A DNA stretch of 63,000 nt, counting the filler, from Ministeria vibrans ATCC 50519 (Eukaryota > Protista > Filasterea), in NCBI GenBank assembly GCA_943704425.1. It is 4 parts of 4 records of this genome, joined end to end, with 100 filler letters (N's around TTAATTAATTAA, not from the genome) between each part and the next. Parts side by side here need not be neighbours in the genome. Positions count along the whole stretch, not along the records: positions 26,373 to 54,801 come from CALSCP010000913.1; 3 more parts are not named here. The stretch is one strand, 5' to 3'. The first letter of the stretch is position 1. Every line of letters begins with the position of its first letter. Below, piece by piece: positions 37,418 through 50,200 of the stretch. The notes under the pieces were generated by a model that worked only from the letters and a program-made list of their open reading frames with translations, was not told the origin of the DNA and did no database searches. Both the position numbers and the translations under genes were made by a program.

Positions 37418-40400
37418 TCACAACCCATACGTATTGTATACATAGGCGGTGATGCAGAAGAAGAAAAAGGGCAAAAATTGGAAGCAGCGCTTCATCGTCC
37501 TGCACAACCGACGTTTCACCTACTCCAAGTTGCAGTCGGATGTTCCCCTGGGCATCATTGAGCTATCTCCCGATTGCTTTGTCAACGAAGCCGATCACGA
37601 GTGTGGCAAGTCGCTCAGTTTCTCGTTGCGAAACTCCGCTGGTGTCGTCTTCTACTTTGTTCCCAACTCGGGCATGGTGCGCGATCAGTGGGTGCGCGCC
37701 ATTCGTCTCCTCATCAAAGGTCCCGATCCCGTGTCCCACCCCAACCGTTTCTCCGAGGTCCCCGACGAACCCGTCATTTCCATCCCCGCTCGAAACCCCC
37801 CCTCACCTCCTTCAGCACACACGACGCGTACGCCCGACACTTACCAGGGCTACAAAGCCCCGCGTGCCACAGGTCCGCCCGCCCTGCCCCCTGCGCGCGC
37901 CAACCCGGCTACACCCTTAGCACGCGCTCCTTTGCCTCGCCGCGACAGTACCGACAGCAACTCGAGCGCTCCCGCCCCGCCGCCTCCACGCTCAGCCAGC
38001 CTTCAACATATGACACCACGCCGTGGCGCAGGCGAATCTCTCGCAGCAAGCGCAGTTGAAGCAGGCGTCGCCGTGCCTCGCCGTCTTGCGTCGCTTAATC
38101 GTGGTCACGCAGATCGTCGCGTCACCGGTTGCTCGCGTGTGCCCTCAGAGACCCCCTCCGTCGATTCGTCGACCAACGAGTACCTTGAATTCGACAACGA
38201 CTCGGACGAAGACGAGTCCGATGCGCGACCTTCCTCCTCCTCTGTACACGGCACACCCTCCCATCATGACAGCGTCAACGCTCTGCGCAATACCCCCGCT
38301 CGTACTTCCTCGCTCTCGTCGCGCCTCTCCAATCGCTCTTCTACCGAGCCTCTCCCTCCCACGCCGTCGGCCACCGTCTCGTCCAAACGCGACAGTGGCG
38401 TCGGCGGGGCCTTTTACCACGACCTCGACGCGTCCAGTCCATCCACATCGGGGTCTCAAGCTCGTCAGAGCGACACCGATTACAACGAAATTGACGAGTG
38501 CTGTGACCAACTCGATCAATGCTACAACGAACTCGACTCGCTCGACATAGCCGAGAACGATCCCCAGCCTCAAGTGTTCGTCAACGGCGCCGGCATTCAC
38601 TCGGGCATCGCCGGCGAAGAATCCATCTTCAGCGTGTGCCTGCGCGACGCGGCCGGCCACCTATCGGCCGCTCAGCGATGGGCCTCGCAACTGCGCGTCA
38701 CCGTCAATGCCACTGAGGACGCCGTCTGCGGTCCCATGGCACGTCTCGTCAAGGTGCCCAACACCAACGGTACGTTCAAGGCCTACTACACCGTCATCGA
38801 GCCGGGCATTTACAAAGTTTCCGTCACTCTGGCGGGCGCTCACATCCCTTCATCGCCCTTTTCGGTCCTCCACGTCGCCAACACCAGCCCCACCAACTCC
38901 ACAGGCAAGGCACCCCCCGTCAACCAACACAATTACAACGATCTTATCGCCGTGCCCCTTCGCAACCCATCGTCGTTTTCGTCGCGCGACCGTGGCATGG
39001 TTGGCGCCGAATCTAGCGGCGACGGCGCCGACGATAACGCCGCTCACGATGACGATCTCTACGACCATCCTGTGCCGTCGTTGTCTTTCTCAACCTCGTC
39101 TTCGTCCGCTGCCAATGCTGGCCCCACCTACGACCCGGTCGCACCGGTTAAGACCATGTCTTCGTCGACCGCCAACGCTGGCCACGCATACGACCTCGTC
39201 ACGCCACCAACAGTGACGTCTTCGTCGGCCACGACAGGCGCTCATTCATATGATCTCGTTGCTCCGTTGCCGTTGACAACCAAGTCGTCTACCACCACCG
39301 CTGCCGCTCATTCCTACGACCTTGTCACGCCCGCCAACGGTGGTGCAGTGCCGGCGTCGTTGTCGTCGTCGTCTTCGGTTGCCGCCAAGGACTCTACTTA
39401 TGACGCCGTAGCACGCGGCGGTCTCGATGCGACCGGCGGTGATGATTCGGACACTTCCGACTCGGATGCACAAGACGAAGCGCGCGACTCGTTTCGACCT
39501 GATTCAATGCGCTCGAGCGCTACGCCACAGCCACATCCGTCGCTCAACAGCTCACGACAGTCTACGCACGATTTGCTCATGTCGCAGCAACGTACACCGT
39601 CAACGTCGACACTGGAAGGCTACGAGAAGGCCGATGCGGAACGCCGTCGTGGCAACGTGGCAAGCGCCGCCATGATTCTCGACGCCATGATGCGCCAGCA
39701 AATGAGCGATGAGGGCGAGGGCAGCCCCACCTGCCTTACCACCATGCATCGACTGGCGTCTGTGTACAATGCCATGGGCAAGTATGCCGAGGCCCAAGAG
39801 CTCTACGAGCGAGTCGTGCGACTCGGTGAGCACCTGCTCGGCCTCAATCACGCGAATGTATTGCCGTCCAAGAATAACCTCGCGTCGGTACTTGCGTCAC
39901 GGGGTCTCGCTCATGAAGCGCGTGCGCTCTACGCGGAAATCATTCCTGCCTTCGAGAAGCTCAACGGTCCCGATCACGAGGTGTGCATGACAGCGCGTGT
40001 GAACATGGCAAGCGTCACGGAGCAAGACGGGGACCGCGCGGCTGCCACCGAGCTACTTCGCTCCGCGGCGCGCACACGCCGCCGTGTCCTCGGGCCAACC
40101 AGCTCGATCACGATGCAAACAGAGCTTGCGCTTGCTCAGCTGCTGCTGCGCGATGGTCAACCCGACCATCGCAATGAGGCGCATGCCCTGTTTAATGCCA
40201 TCATTCGGCTGCACACCGCCCAAAAGATTCCCCTTAGCGGCGAAGTGCTGTCGGCACGCCAAGGCCTCGCTTCCGTCTACACCGAGCTTGGTGATTACGA
40301 GCGCGCCGTCGCCATGCTCAATGAAGTCTTGCGCGACCGCGTGGCCTTTCGCAAAGGTGACGCAGAGTCTGTGGGCGTCGCTAGCGTCCGCTACGCGCTT

Positions 40401-40577
40401 GGCAAGAATCTTGAAGCACTCGAGCGCTTCGAGGAGGCGCTCGATGCCTACCAATCGTGCTACGAGACGCGTGCGCGTAGCCTAGGCGTCTCTCACGAAC
40501 ATACAGTCAAGGCGCTGAGTGGGGTTCGTCGTGTTGGGGTTCTCGTGCAGGCCCAGCGTGATCGTGGCGACTACTAG
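36536..40577 (+). CDS. PH-PH-filamin(Ig)-Tyr-motif-TPR adaptor protein (3 exons)
   Basis: PH1 spans exons 1-2 (SWPERIAEL...EWLTRL). PH2 reads KKKKGKNWKQRFIVL...DQWVRAI. Filamin repeat VNGAGI...GTFKAYYT...PGIYKVSVTLAGAHIPSSPF. Kinesin-light-chain-like TPRs (LASVYNAMGKYAEA, NNLASVL). Confidence 0.8.
37335..37403. repeat. (CA)n microsatellite in an intron
   Basis: Direct reading. Confidence 0.9.
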
Positions 40578-40718
40578 CTAAATACAAATGTACCATACTT
40601 ACATATCATCATGAATTAGCTTCGATCAAAGAATTCAGGATGCGATTAAGAAAATAATTAACGGAGAATAGGAATAAATAAAGTGAAACGATTTTTAATA
40701 TTTTTTCTTGTGTCTGTT

Positions 40719-43700
40719 ATGGAAGTCATCGCGGAAACAAACTCTTGGGGAACTCCCATCATTGCTTCGCGCAGCAAGACCACTGGTCTCACCGTGTGCA
40801 TCGCTCAGGTGACTCATTGGCTTTTTTTTTTTTTTTTTTTTTTNNNNNNNNNNGTGAGCCAGGACCTGCGCGTGCGTGCCAGTAAAGCCACAGCCACGCG
40901 TCGCATGCGGGCACGCCCCACGTTTGTCTCATTTCGTTCTTGTCTCATCAGGTTGACGGACCCAGCTGCAACGGCTTCTTCACGCTTGCCACAGAGGACC
41001 ACAGCGACGACGGACTCCCGCACACGCTGGAGCACTTGATCTTCCTCGGCTCTGACGTGCGTGAAACCAACGCAAAAACGCGGATGACTTTGTATTGAAA
41101 CATCGTGTGATGATTGTCCACAGATCTACCCCTACAAAGGCGTCCTTGACCAGGTTGCGAACAGGTGCATTGCACAGGGCACCAATGCATGGACTGCGAC
41201 GGACCACACGGCGTACACGGTCACGACTGCCTCGACCGAAGGCTTCCTGAACATTCTCCCCATCTACCTTGACCACGTCCTCTTCCCGACCCTCACCGAC
41301 TCCGGCTATGTCACCGAAGTCCACCATGTCAATGGCGAGGGTGATGATAGCGGTGTCGTCTACTGTGAGATGCAGGTAAACACACAAAATCACATCTAAT
41401 ATGTACCTGATTTTCATTGCTTCAATGCGCAGGCATGCGAAAACACTTCCGAGTGCCGTATGGAACGAGCGGTGCTCGACTCGCTTTACCCTTCGTGCGG
41501 GTACCGCGCCGAGACGGGCGGCATCATGAAGAATCTGCGCGAGTCGACGAGCCACGAGAAGGTTCGTCAGTACCACCGTGACTATTACCGCCCCGACAAT
41601 CTCTGCTTGATCATCACGGGCAACGTCACCGTCGAAGAGATTGCCCGTGCCATCGAGCCAGTCGAAGCTAAAATAAGAGCACGCGAGGCTCTCGCGCCGC
41701 TTGAGCGACCCTGGTCGAGCGTTGTGCCTGCACCCGAGACGGGTGTGGTCAAGCGCATCGCGTTTCCCTCCGACGACACGGACGGTGGCAGCGTGGCGGT
41801 CGCCTGGCGCATCGGAGCCTGGTCGAACTTCCTTGAGCGTTCCGCTATCGATGCTATTGCGGACTACCTCACGGACACGGCCGTCGCCCCGCTGCAGCGT
41901 GACTTTGTCCAAACCGACAATCCACTGTGCTCCGACGTGTCGGCGGACACTCGCAACTACCGTGACGTTGCACTCTTCTTTCTCTTTTCAAACGTGCCCC
42001 ACGACAAACTTGACGCAGTGCTCCCGCGACTGTTTTCTACGCTCGAGGGCATTGCCTCGGGCGCCGAACCCATCGACATGGCGCGCATGGCAACCGTCAT
42101 TGAGCGCAGTCGGCTCAAGCAGCAGCAGGACGCCGAAGAGCATCCCGATCAGTTGTTCCCCGCCCAGCTTATCGAATGCTTTCTTTATGCCCAGGCTCCC
42201 ATCGGTTCGGGCACTGACTTCTCCGACTTTCTTGACGAACAGTCGCGTTTGGCCACGCTTGCGTCGTGGTCCGCCGCACAGTGGTCGGCGCTTGTACGCG
42301 AGCAGCTCGCTCGTTACCGCGCCGTTCAGGTTGTTGCCGAGCCGTCCGTGTCACTTGCACAGCAGATCCAAGCAAAGGAAAAGGCCCGTTTGGAGGCACA
42401 GCGCACTGCGCTGGGCTCGGATGGACTTGAAGCTCGTCGCGCTGCCGTCGAGCATGCTTCCAAGGTCAACGATGCGGACATTCCCGTCGAAGTCATTGCC
42501 GCTGTGCCCGTCGCCTCCATCGAAGGCGTCTCCTTTCACACGGTGACCCCATCGCTGATTACCGAGGCGCGCCTTGCGCTTCCATTCACGGCGCGCTTTG
42601 ACGCCATTCGCTCCGAATTTACCAAGATCACAGTGCTGCTCGACACGTCGCTCGTCGCCGACGACACCCTTCGTGACTACTTGCCGCTCTTCTCCGAGCT
42701 TCTCTTCGAGTCGCCCGTACGTCGGGGAGAGACGGTACTTTCCCACGAGGAGGTAGTGCAGGGTCTGGCGGGTGACATGCTCGCACACGGCGCACGTTTG
42801 GGCTTCAATGGCCGCGGCGGTCCCTTTTCCGTGGGCAAGTTTGGACAGTCGCTTGTTTGCTCGGTCAAGGCACACGCGTCCAAATACTCGCAATGTATCG
42901 AATGGCTCGCCTTGCTTCTCTTTGAGCTTGTCTTCGAGCCGGCGCGTGTTCTTGTTTGCGCGTCGCGCCTTGTCAATGACGCGTGCGAGGCACGTCGTAG
43001 TGGTATGAGTGTGTGCCGCACCCTGCGCAGCCAAATCGACGTGGGCCATGCGTCCTCGGCCAATTCCACGCATGTCAACATCTGTCGGCAGCAAGAGATG
43101 CTTGCGTCGCTACTGCGCGACGGCCCCTCTGGCGCTGAGCGCGCCTGCGAGAGTCTCGCTCGTTTGCGCGAGGCTCTCTTTCACGCGCCCGGTGCGCTGT
43201 CAGTTCACGTGTCGGGCGACATGAGCAAACTTGCAGCGGGCAAGCCTCTGGCACCCTGGACGGAGCATTTTGCGCAGCCCTTTGTTCTTGCCAGTGGCGG
43301 CTCCAATGCCGCCGCTCAGCCATCGTTGTCGGTGCGCACGTGGGCATCGCATTTTCTTGACGCGCAAAGCGAGCTAGTGCCTCGCGGACGCATGAACATT
43401 GTGGGTCTGGGGGCTATTCAGAGTTCCTACCTCATGGAGTCGGTACCGTGTGTGCGTGACTATGGCCATGCGGATGTGGCGGCGCTCAAGGTTGCCATTG
43501 AGTTTATGATTGCTCTCGAAGGCCCCCTGTGGCGCCAGCTTCGCGGCATCGGCCTCACCTACTCGTACAGCATGATGCTATGCATTGACCAGGGCCTTCT
43601 TGTCTTCTTCTTGGGGCGCAGTACCCACGTTGACAAGGCGTATGCCGAGGCACAGCGCATCTTTGCCGACTTCATTTCAGGCGCCACTCCTGTCGACCCT

Positions 43701-44120
43701 GTGGCGCTTGAGGGCGCCATCAGCGGTGCCATGTCGGCTGAGATTTCGCACGAGACGACGCCTCTTGCGGCCGCTCAAGAGTCATTGATCAAACGGATGG
43801 AGCAGGCAAGTCCTTCGCCGTCCGAGTACACGCGCAACCTACTCGCAGCCATGGCTGCTGTGACGGTCGCCGACGTCGAGCGCATCTTTAGGGAGTACTT
43901 TTCGCGACTGTTTGACTCGACGCACGCCAATACGGCTGTCGTTGTGAGCAAGCGGCGTCTGGGCGACGTTGCTGAGGCCATGCGCGCAACTTGCCCTTCC
44001 TTCGACGTGACAGTGCTCGACTCGCTCGATGCAGCATTTGGCATTGAGACGCACGAGGAAGACGAAGACGAAGACGAAGAGGAAGACGAAGGCGACGACG
44101 ACGACGCCGCCGAAGAATAG
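40719..44120 (+). CDS. M16 (insulinase/pitrilysin-like) zinc metallopeptidase, M16C-like
   Basis: DGLPHTLEHLIFLGS (inverted HxxEH), YPYKGVLD, TNAWTATDHTAYT, GVVYCEMQ and EGPLWRQLRGIGLTYS. Acidic C-terminal tail. Confidence 0.9.
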
Positions 44121-44188
44121 GCGACGGATGCTCAAGAGCACACACGAAACAAGATTTATTATGAAATAAAACAAAAGAAACTGTTCGT

Positions 44189-45951
44189 TTACTTCGATTT
44201 CTTGGCGGATCGTTTGGTTGAGACAGACAATTCCCTGAAAAGCACCGCGACGTCGAGCAAAACGGCACCGGCAAACACGCCTGGCGCAACAGTCCTATCA
44301 AGAGTGAGAGAGCGAGGCACAAGAGAGAGAGGAAAAGAAAGAATGAGGCAGAGAAAGAGAGAGTGTGCGTGGCGACAAGGTCTCATACTTTTGGAGGATG
44401 GACATGGCATCACGATTGAGAGTGCCGACAATGTACAATTTGAGGAAGACGGCGGCAAACAAAGCACGCGACACAAAGTACACCACAAGAGCCGATTGAG
44501 TGCTGTGGAAGAGAGGAAGGAGGGAGAGAGAACAAAGTGGTACAGAAAGAACAATGTGATAGAGAGGAAAAGAGTGCGTGTGTGAGTAGGTCATAGTGGT
44601 AAGGAAAGCGCAGTGCGCGTACCCAAGTTGGGCAAAAGGAGACTCGTCATCACCAAAGCGAACCACACGCGAGACACACACGATGGTCTCAACAATTGAG
44701 TCAAGGGCAAGGAGGAACATCATGAGAGGTGCGAAACCCGAGACGAGTGCCGACAAAGTGGCGGCAAGACGGACGATAGCAGTGACAAGCATGGTGGAGC
44801 GGGTCTGAGCACTGCACAAAAAAAAAAGGATGATAAGTGGGAAGAGCAAAATACGATAGAACACCTCCTTACGTTGGAGGCACAAACAGGAAGAGCATGG
44901 CGATGTGGTGCGCCCAGTATGAAGCCTGTACAAAAGACGGAGTGAGACAAGGTAGAAGAGTCGATAGGGCGTACGTGGAGAATGAGAAAGAACTTGACGG
45001 GCCACGGCATGAGCGGGTCAAAGGCGGCCGCGGAAAGCGTCTCGAGACGAAGCATGCGCATGGAAATGACAAATTGAAGGCCCATTGAGGCCATGATAAA
45101 GTGGAAGGTACTCATGACCATGTACTCGAAGGCGTAAAAGTGACGTTCACGCGCCTTCTCCACCGGCGGCACCGTTGCACCACGTCGCCATCGCTTGATA
45201 AATTGGTTGATAAACATCTCAACAAGATTGCGCACCACAATCCAGACAACCTAAGAGAACGGGAGAGAGTGGAAAAGTGAGAGAAAGAAACAAAGTAACA
45301 AAGAGAGAAAAAAACAGAGCATAGTGCGATTTGATTTGGAGAGGGAAGAAGAGGAAGGGTATAGTGAACAAGAGAAGAGAAAGGAAGCGAGGGATAATAT
45401 AATTATTATGTGTGTCAGAAGCCATTTGCCAAACGAACAACCATCAGCACTTTACCATGAAAAATAGAATCGGAAAGAGATCACGAGGACCGGCACGAAA
45501 GTCTTCGGAAAGCACGTCGCCGGTCTGGTCGCTGAAGGTCGTCACGTTGTGCTGGATCGAGTAAAACAGCCCAGCCAGTGATTGCGTTGGTTTGGGGACC
45601 GCTACGGAAAAGAACAGCGTGAATGCATGCGAAGCCCACGCGCAGCGGATAGCACAGCAGAGGGGCTGTGCCGGGGGCGGGTGGGTGGGTGGGCGCATGC
45701 AGCGGCGGTCGTACCAAGACCAAAAATCGCAATGATGAGCACCAGCGCCACATCGCCATAGTTCTCGAGCGCCAGCTGGTGCCATGTTGCCGGCTTCTTG
45801 TTGCCTCGTCTACAAACAACCCCCGTTGCGTGAGCACGACGCGTCCAGGCGGCGAATTCCTTTGTGACAGCACTGCACAAGAGAAACACGAACAAGGAAC
45901 ACCGACGAAGCCGCGGCAGTACCTTCCTGTTGGAGCAGTAGGGCGCACCAT
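44189..45951 (-). CDS. TRAM-like TLC-domain ER membrane protein (multi-exon)
   Basis: ENYGDVALVL, GPRDLFPILFF and KFFLILH-ASYWAHHI resemble TRAM1 motifs. Several TM segments and a C-terminal KKSK dilysine-like signal. Confidence 0.65.
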
Positions 45952-46214
45952 GAGCGAGATGAACCTTGTGCGTCAAGCAAACAGATTACGATAAAAAAGT
46001 GTAAAGTAATGTGAATTGTGAAGAAGCATTCTCAATCACAAAGTGATCACAAACGAAAAGCGACAACACAAACAGCTCAGAACCACTTTCTAAGCTACAG
46101 AAGCGTCGAGAGGAAACAGAGACAGGTTGGCTGTTGGCCAGACAAGTAAGTGATGTTTTGACTTTTGAGTTTTGACATTTGAGTTTTGACTTGAATTTCA
46201 GTCTTCTTTTTCAC

Positions 46215-47122
46215 ATGGCGAAGCGCGAAGACTATCTCGAGTGGAACGACTACTTCATGGCGGTGGCCTTTCTGTCGGCCCAGCGATCAAAGGACCCGTC
46301 TTCACAGGGTGAGTTGAGTCGCGCGAGGTTGTATATAACATTGTGTGTGTGCTGCAGTGGGCGCGTGCATTGTCAACAGTGACAAGAAGATTGTCGGCAT
46401 TGGCTACAACGGAATGCCCAACGGCTGCTCCGACGACGCTCTGCCGTGGGAGCGTGCTGGCGACTGGCTCGACACCAAGTATCCTTACGTGTGCCACGCC
46501 GAACTCAACGCAGTACCCTCTTCACTGCCTTCTGCGCATTTGCTTGTTTACACACTCTAACCCATTTGCAGATCCTCAACAAAAATTCGGCCGACGTCAA
46601 AGGCTGTACTCTTGTATGTATCATCTCTGACTACCTGCGTATGCACTGATTGGTGTTTCAGTATGTAGCATTGTTTCCGTGCAACGAGTGCGCCAAACTG
46701 ATTATCCAGAGCGGTCCGAACAGTCATGGAGTGTCGCCTCTCTCTGTCTCTGTCTCTCTGACTCTACCTCTGTCTGTTTCTTCCATTATCACCTCCCTCC
46801 TTTCTCTCTCTCTCTTTGTCTCTTTGTCTCTCTGTTTCTCTGTCTCTCTGTCTCTCTCTCTCTGTATTTCTCTCTCTCGTGCATTCCAGGAATTCGAGAA
46901 GTCCTATTTGTCTCTGACAAGTACGCGGACAAGCCGGCGTTTGTAGCGTCACGGCGTCTCCTTGACCTTGCCGGCGTCGTGTGCAGGTACCTGAGTGGGA
47001 TCTCTGCTTCATGTCGTCATCATCCTTCTCCCGATAGGCAATACATTCCCAAAAGACGGCGTATCACCATCGACTTTGATGACATTGCCGGAACGCCAGC
47101 CAAACCCAGACAGACATTGTAA
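46215..47122 (+). CDS. DCTD: Deoxycytidylate (dCMP) deaminase
   Basis: [52 protein letters not shown] and [13 protein letters not shown]. Confidence 0.95.
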
Positions 47123-47228
47123 AGTATAAAAATGAAGCGCCAGCACTCCAAATGTTTAATCTCGAAAATGTACTCTGTCTCTCTCCCTCTGCTCTCTGTC
47201 TCTCTCTCTCTTGATCACACACTACGGT

Positions 47229-50200
47229 TCAAGGGTCTGAGCAGACAAGTTGCAGCTTGCCCTCGGCACCCTCAAGCGCCTCCTGCAGGTCATCGTCACT
47301 TGTCAGGGTAACAAGATCACCATCGGAGTCCTAACAGTACGAGAGAAATCGTGTATGTAAGTGTGTATGTGAGGACAGCGTAAAGGAAGAGCAACAGTAA
47401 CAGATGGAAAAGGTGACACTCTTCGTCTATTATAAGTTCTATTTGCATCACTCTGAACTTGATCTATATGTCTCTCAATCAAGACGTACCACAAAACTCA
47501 AGTTGAGGGCGGACACGGCGAATTTGGTACAGATGGTGGCGAGAAGTTCACCAAAGGAAATGGTAACGGGCACGACGACGAGACGCGTGTCGTGGTACTT
47601 GCACTTGACCTTGACCTTGGGGATTCCCGCGCCGGACGGGCGAGACGGTGGCGCTGCCGCGGTTGTACTGCTCACCGACACTGCGGCGACGGGCTGTGCA
47701 GGCGCTGGCACAGAGGCGAATATCTGGCCTGATGCAGCAGCCTGCAAACGAGCTCGGATCTCGTTGGCGTCTGCGGGTAGAGACGCATCGGCCTTTGGTG
47801 GCGCCATTGGCATAGCCGCTTCGCCTTGGCGGATGCGTACCTTGAGATCATTCATGCCTGTGGCAGCGCCGCCAGGAGCAGGAGCAGAAGCAGCAGCGGT
47901 GGGGTTGTTGCCACTGGGTGGTGCAGGACGCGGTGGCGCTGGTACACGGGGCTGTTCCGCCAGCGGACCCAGCTTCTTCTTGATTTCCTCGCCACGGCGC
48001 CCCGCCAGCAGAATCTTCAGGGGCTTCTTCGGTACGTCACGGATGCCTGGTGCGATCGAAGCGGATGGATTCGCATTCACAGGGGGTGCAGCAGCAGCAG
48101 CAGGAGCAGGAGCAACAGCATTGTTGTTCCACGTTGAGGCTGCTGGTTGCACAAAGGCAGGCTCGGCTGCAGTTGCATTGGTATCCCAAGTGGAGACTGC
48201 CGCGGGAGTGGGATCCGCCGCAGATGCTTCGGTGTCCCAAGTGGAGACTGATGTAGGCACAGGCGCAGTTGCAGCTGCATTGGAGTCCCAGGTGGAGACT
48301 GCCTCGGGAGCAGGAACTGCCGCAGCTGCATTGCTGTCCCACATGGAGATGGACGAAGGACGTGCGCTGAGCATGGTGGATGAGTCGGGACGTGCACGTG
48401 CTGGCATGGGTCTGGGCGGCTGTGAGCTTGTAGGGCGTGCCGGTGCGGCAGAAGCTGCAGTCGCGTTGCTGTCCCAGGTCGAGACAGGCGCAGGTGTTGC
48501 ATTGGTATCCCATGACGAAACGGCAATTGGAGCGTCAGTGTTCCATGTCGAAACAGGTGTTGCGGCTGCCGTTGGAGTGGGTGTCGCAGAAGGCACGACG
48601 TCTTGCCACGTCGAGACCTGCGGGGCCGCGGCATCCCAGGTGCTCTCCTCGTACCCGGCTTCCTCAGACCACTGGCCTGAGGGTGCAGGTTCGACTGCGC
48701 CCCCACCAGCGCCCGTCAATGACTCTTGAATCGTTTGCGTGAGCTCGGCAACGTTGACATTGTACTCCATCTCTTCTGTGCCGTCGGCATGCGCCGCCTC
48801 TTCGGTATAGTACTCGTCCGCATGCGTCGCCTCGTCCGCCACATACTCATCAGCATAGTACGCCTGTCCGTGTTCATCATACACAAGCTCGGCCGTCGCC
48901 GCCAGAGCATTAGGATCGATCTCTTCGTCAAATTCGTCCCAGTCGGCTGTCTTTGCCAGCGCATCTGGGTCGATTGCCTCGTCGAATTCGTCCCAGTCGC
49001 CTGCACTCGACACCACTGGATGTTCCGCGACAATTTCAGTCACAACGGACGCTTCGTCTGCCGCCGGAACCTGCTCGTCGTCCTGATGCGGTGCTTCTTC
49101 GTGCACGACGGCATGCTCGTGCTCATGCATATGCTCGGGTTCGTGTGTCTGTTCATGTTCATGCTCGTCGTGCACATACTCGTGAGCAGGAAGAGTCTCG
49201 GGCACTGGAGGTGTTGGTGCGGCAAACTCGGGCTCGGCTTCGCGCACCACTGCAGCAGGGGCAGGGGCGAGAACAGGTGTAGCCCGAGCTAAAGCTTCCT
49301 GCTGCTGCTCGGCCGGTCCATTGGCGCTTGGCGATGAGGGGGGGACGCCAAAGGAAAGAGAAGAGGCAATTTTCTGGCGAAGCTGCCCAACAGACATCCG
49401 TGGGGTCTTGCCATTTGCCGCCTGCTCTTGCTCCTCCACCACTTCCTCCTCTTTTGGCGTCGTAGCGGCGACGGGTGTTGCTTTGAGCGCCGCCTGGCTA
49501 GCAGAGAGTGCCTGGGCCAGCGTCGGCGCTGGCACAACAGTAACACCGGCGGAATTCATAGCTGGCGCGGGTGGAGGTGGAGGTGGTGGACCGGAGGCGT
49601 CGTCGTTGGGTGATGCAACGTGGTTTGAAGTGGAGATGGGAGTGGGCGCGGGTGCTTCACTCGGTTCGGTTAAACTTGGAGCAGTGACGGGAAGAACAGC
49701 GGATGCGGAGGAGGGTTTGATGCTGGCAAGCGAGCCGGCTCGCGAGGGAGGCTTCGACGAGAAAGTGGGTTTCTTGCTCAGAGGCGGGGGTGCGGGTTTC
49801 TTTGAGACAACAGGAGGCGCAGGGCGTGTGTCGGGAGTTGCACTGGGCGGCGTGGTCTTGGTTGCTAGGTCGACGGGAGGAGTCGTAGATACAGAAGAGG
49901 TGGGCAGGTCAACAGCGGCAGAAGAAGACTCGCGTTTGAGTGTAAGAGCTGAGGATCGTTTGACGGGGGGAGGTGAGCGGGGCTTGCCCGTAATCACTGG
50001 CTTCACAATGGCCGGCGGGGGACCTGGTCGCTTGCCAAAGACGAGCGGACTGGGCTTGGGAGTGACAGACACGGGATGATTCACAGGAGACACCACAGAA
50101 GGAGAAGCAACGGTCACCGACGCAGGTTTCATTGGGAGCGGGTCGGAGAGGGCCACCGAGACAGGTGAAGCAATTGGTGGTACGGGAGCGACATCAGGTG

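Noticed and set aside
47404-48729. Long antisense ORFs (e.g. 47404..48729 +, 2109..3059 -, 40980..41912 -, 30373..31266 +)
   Set aside because: Shadow frames of GC-rich coding exons on the opposite strand, with no independent motifs.
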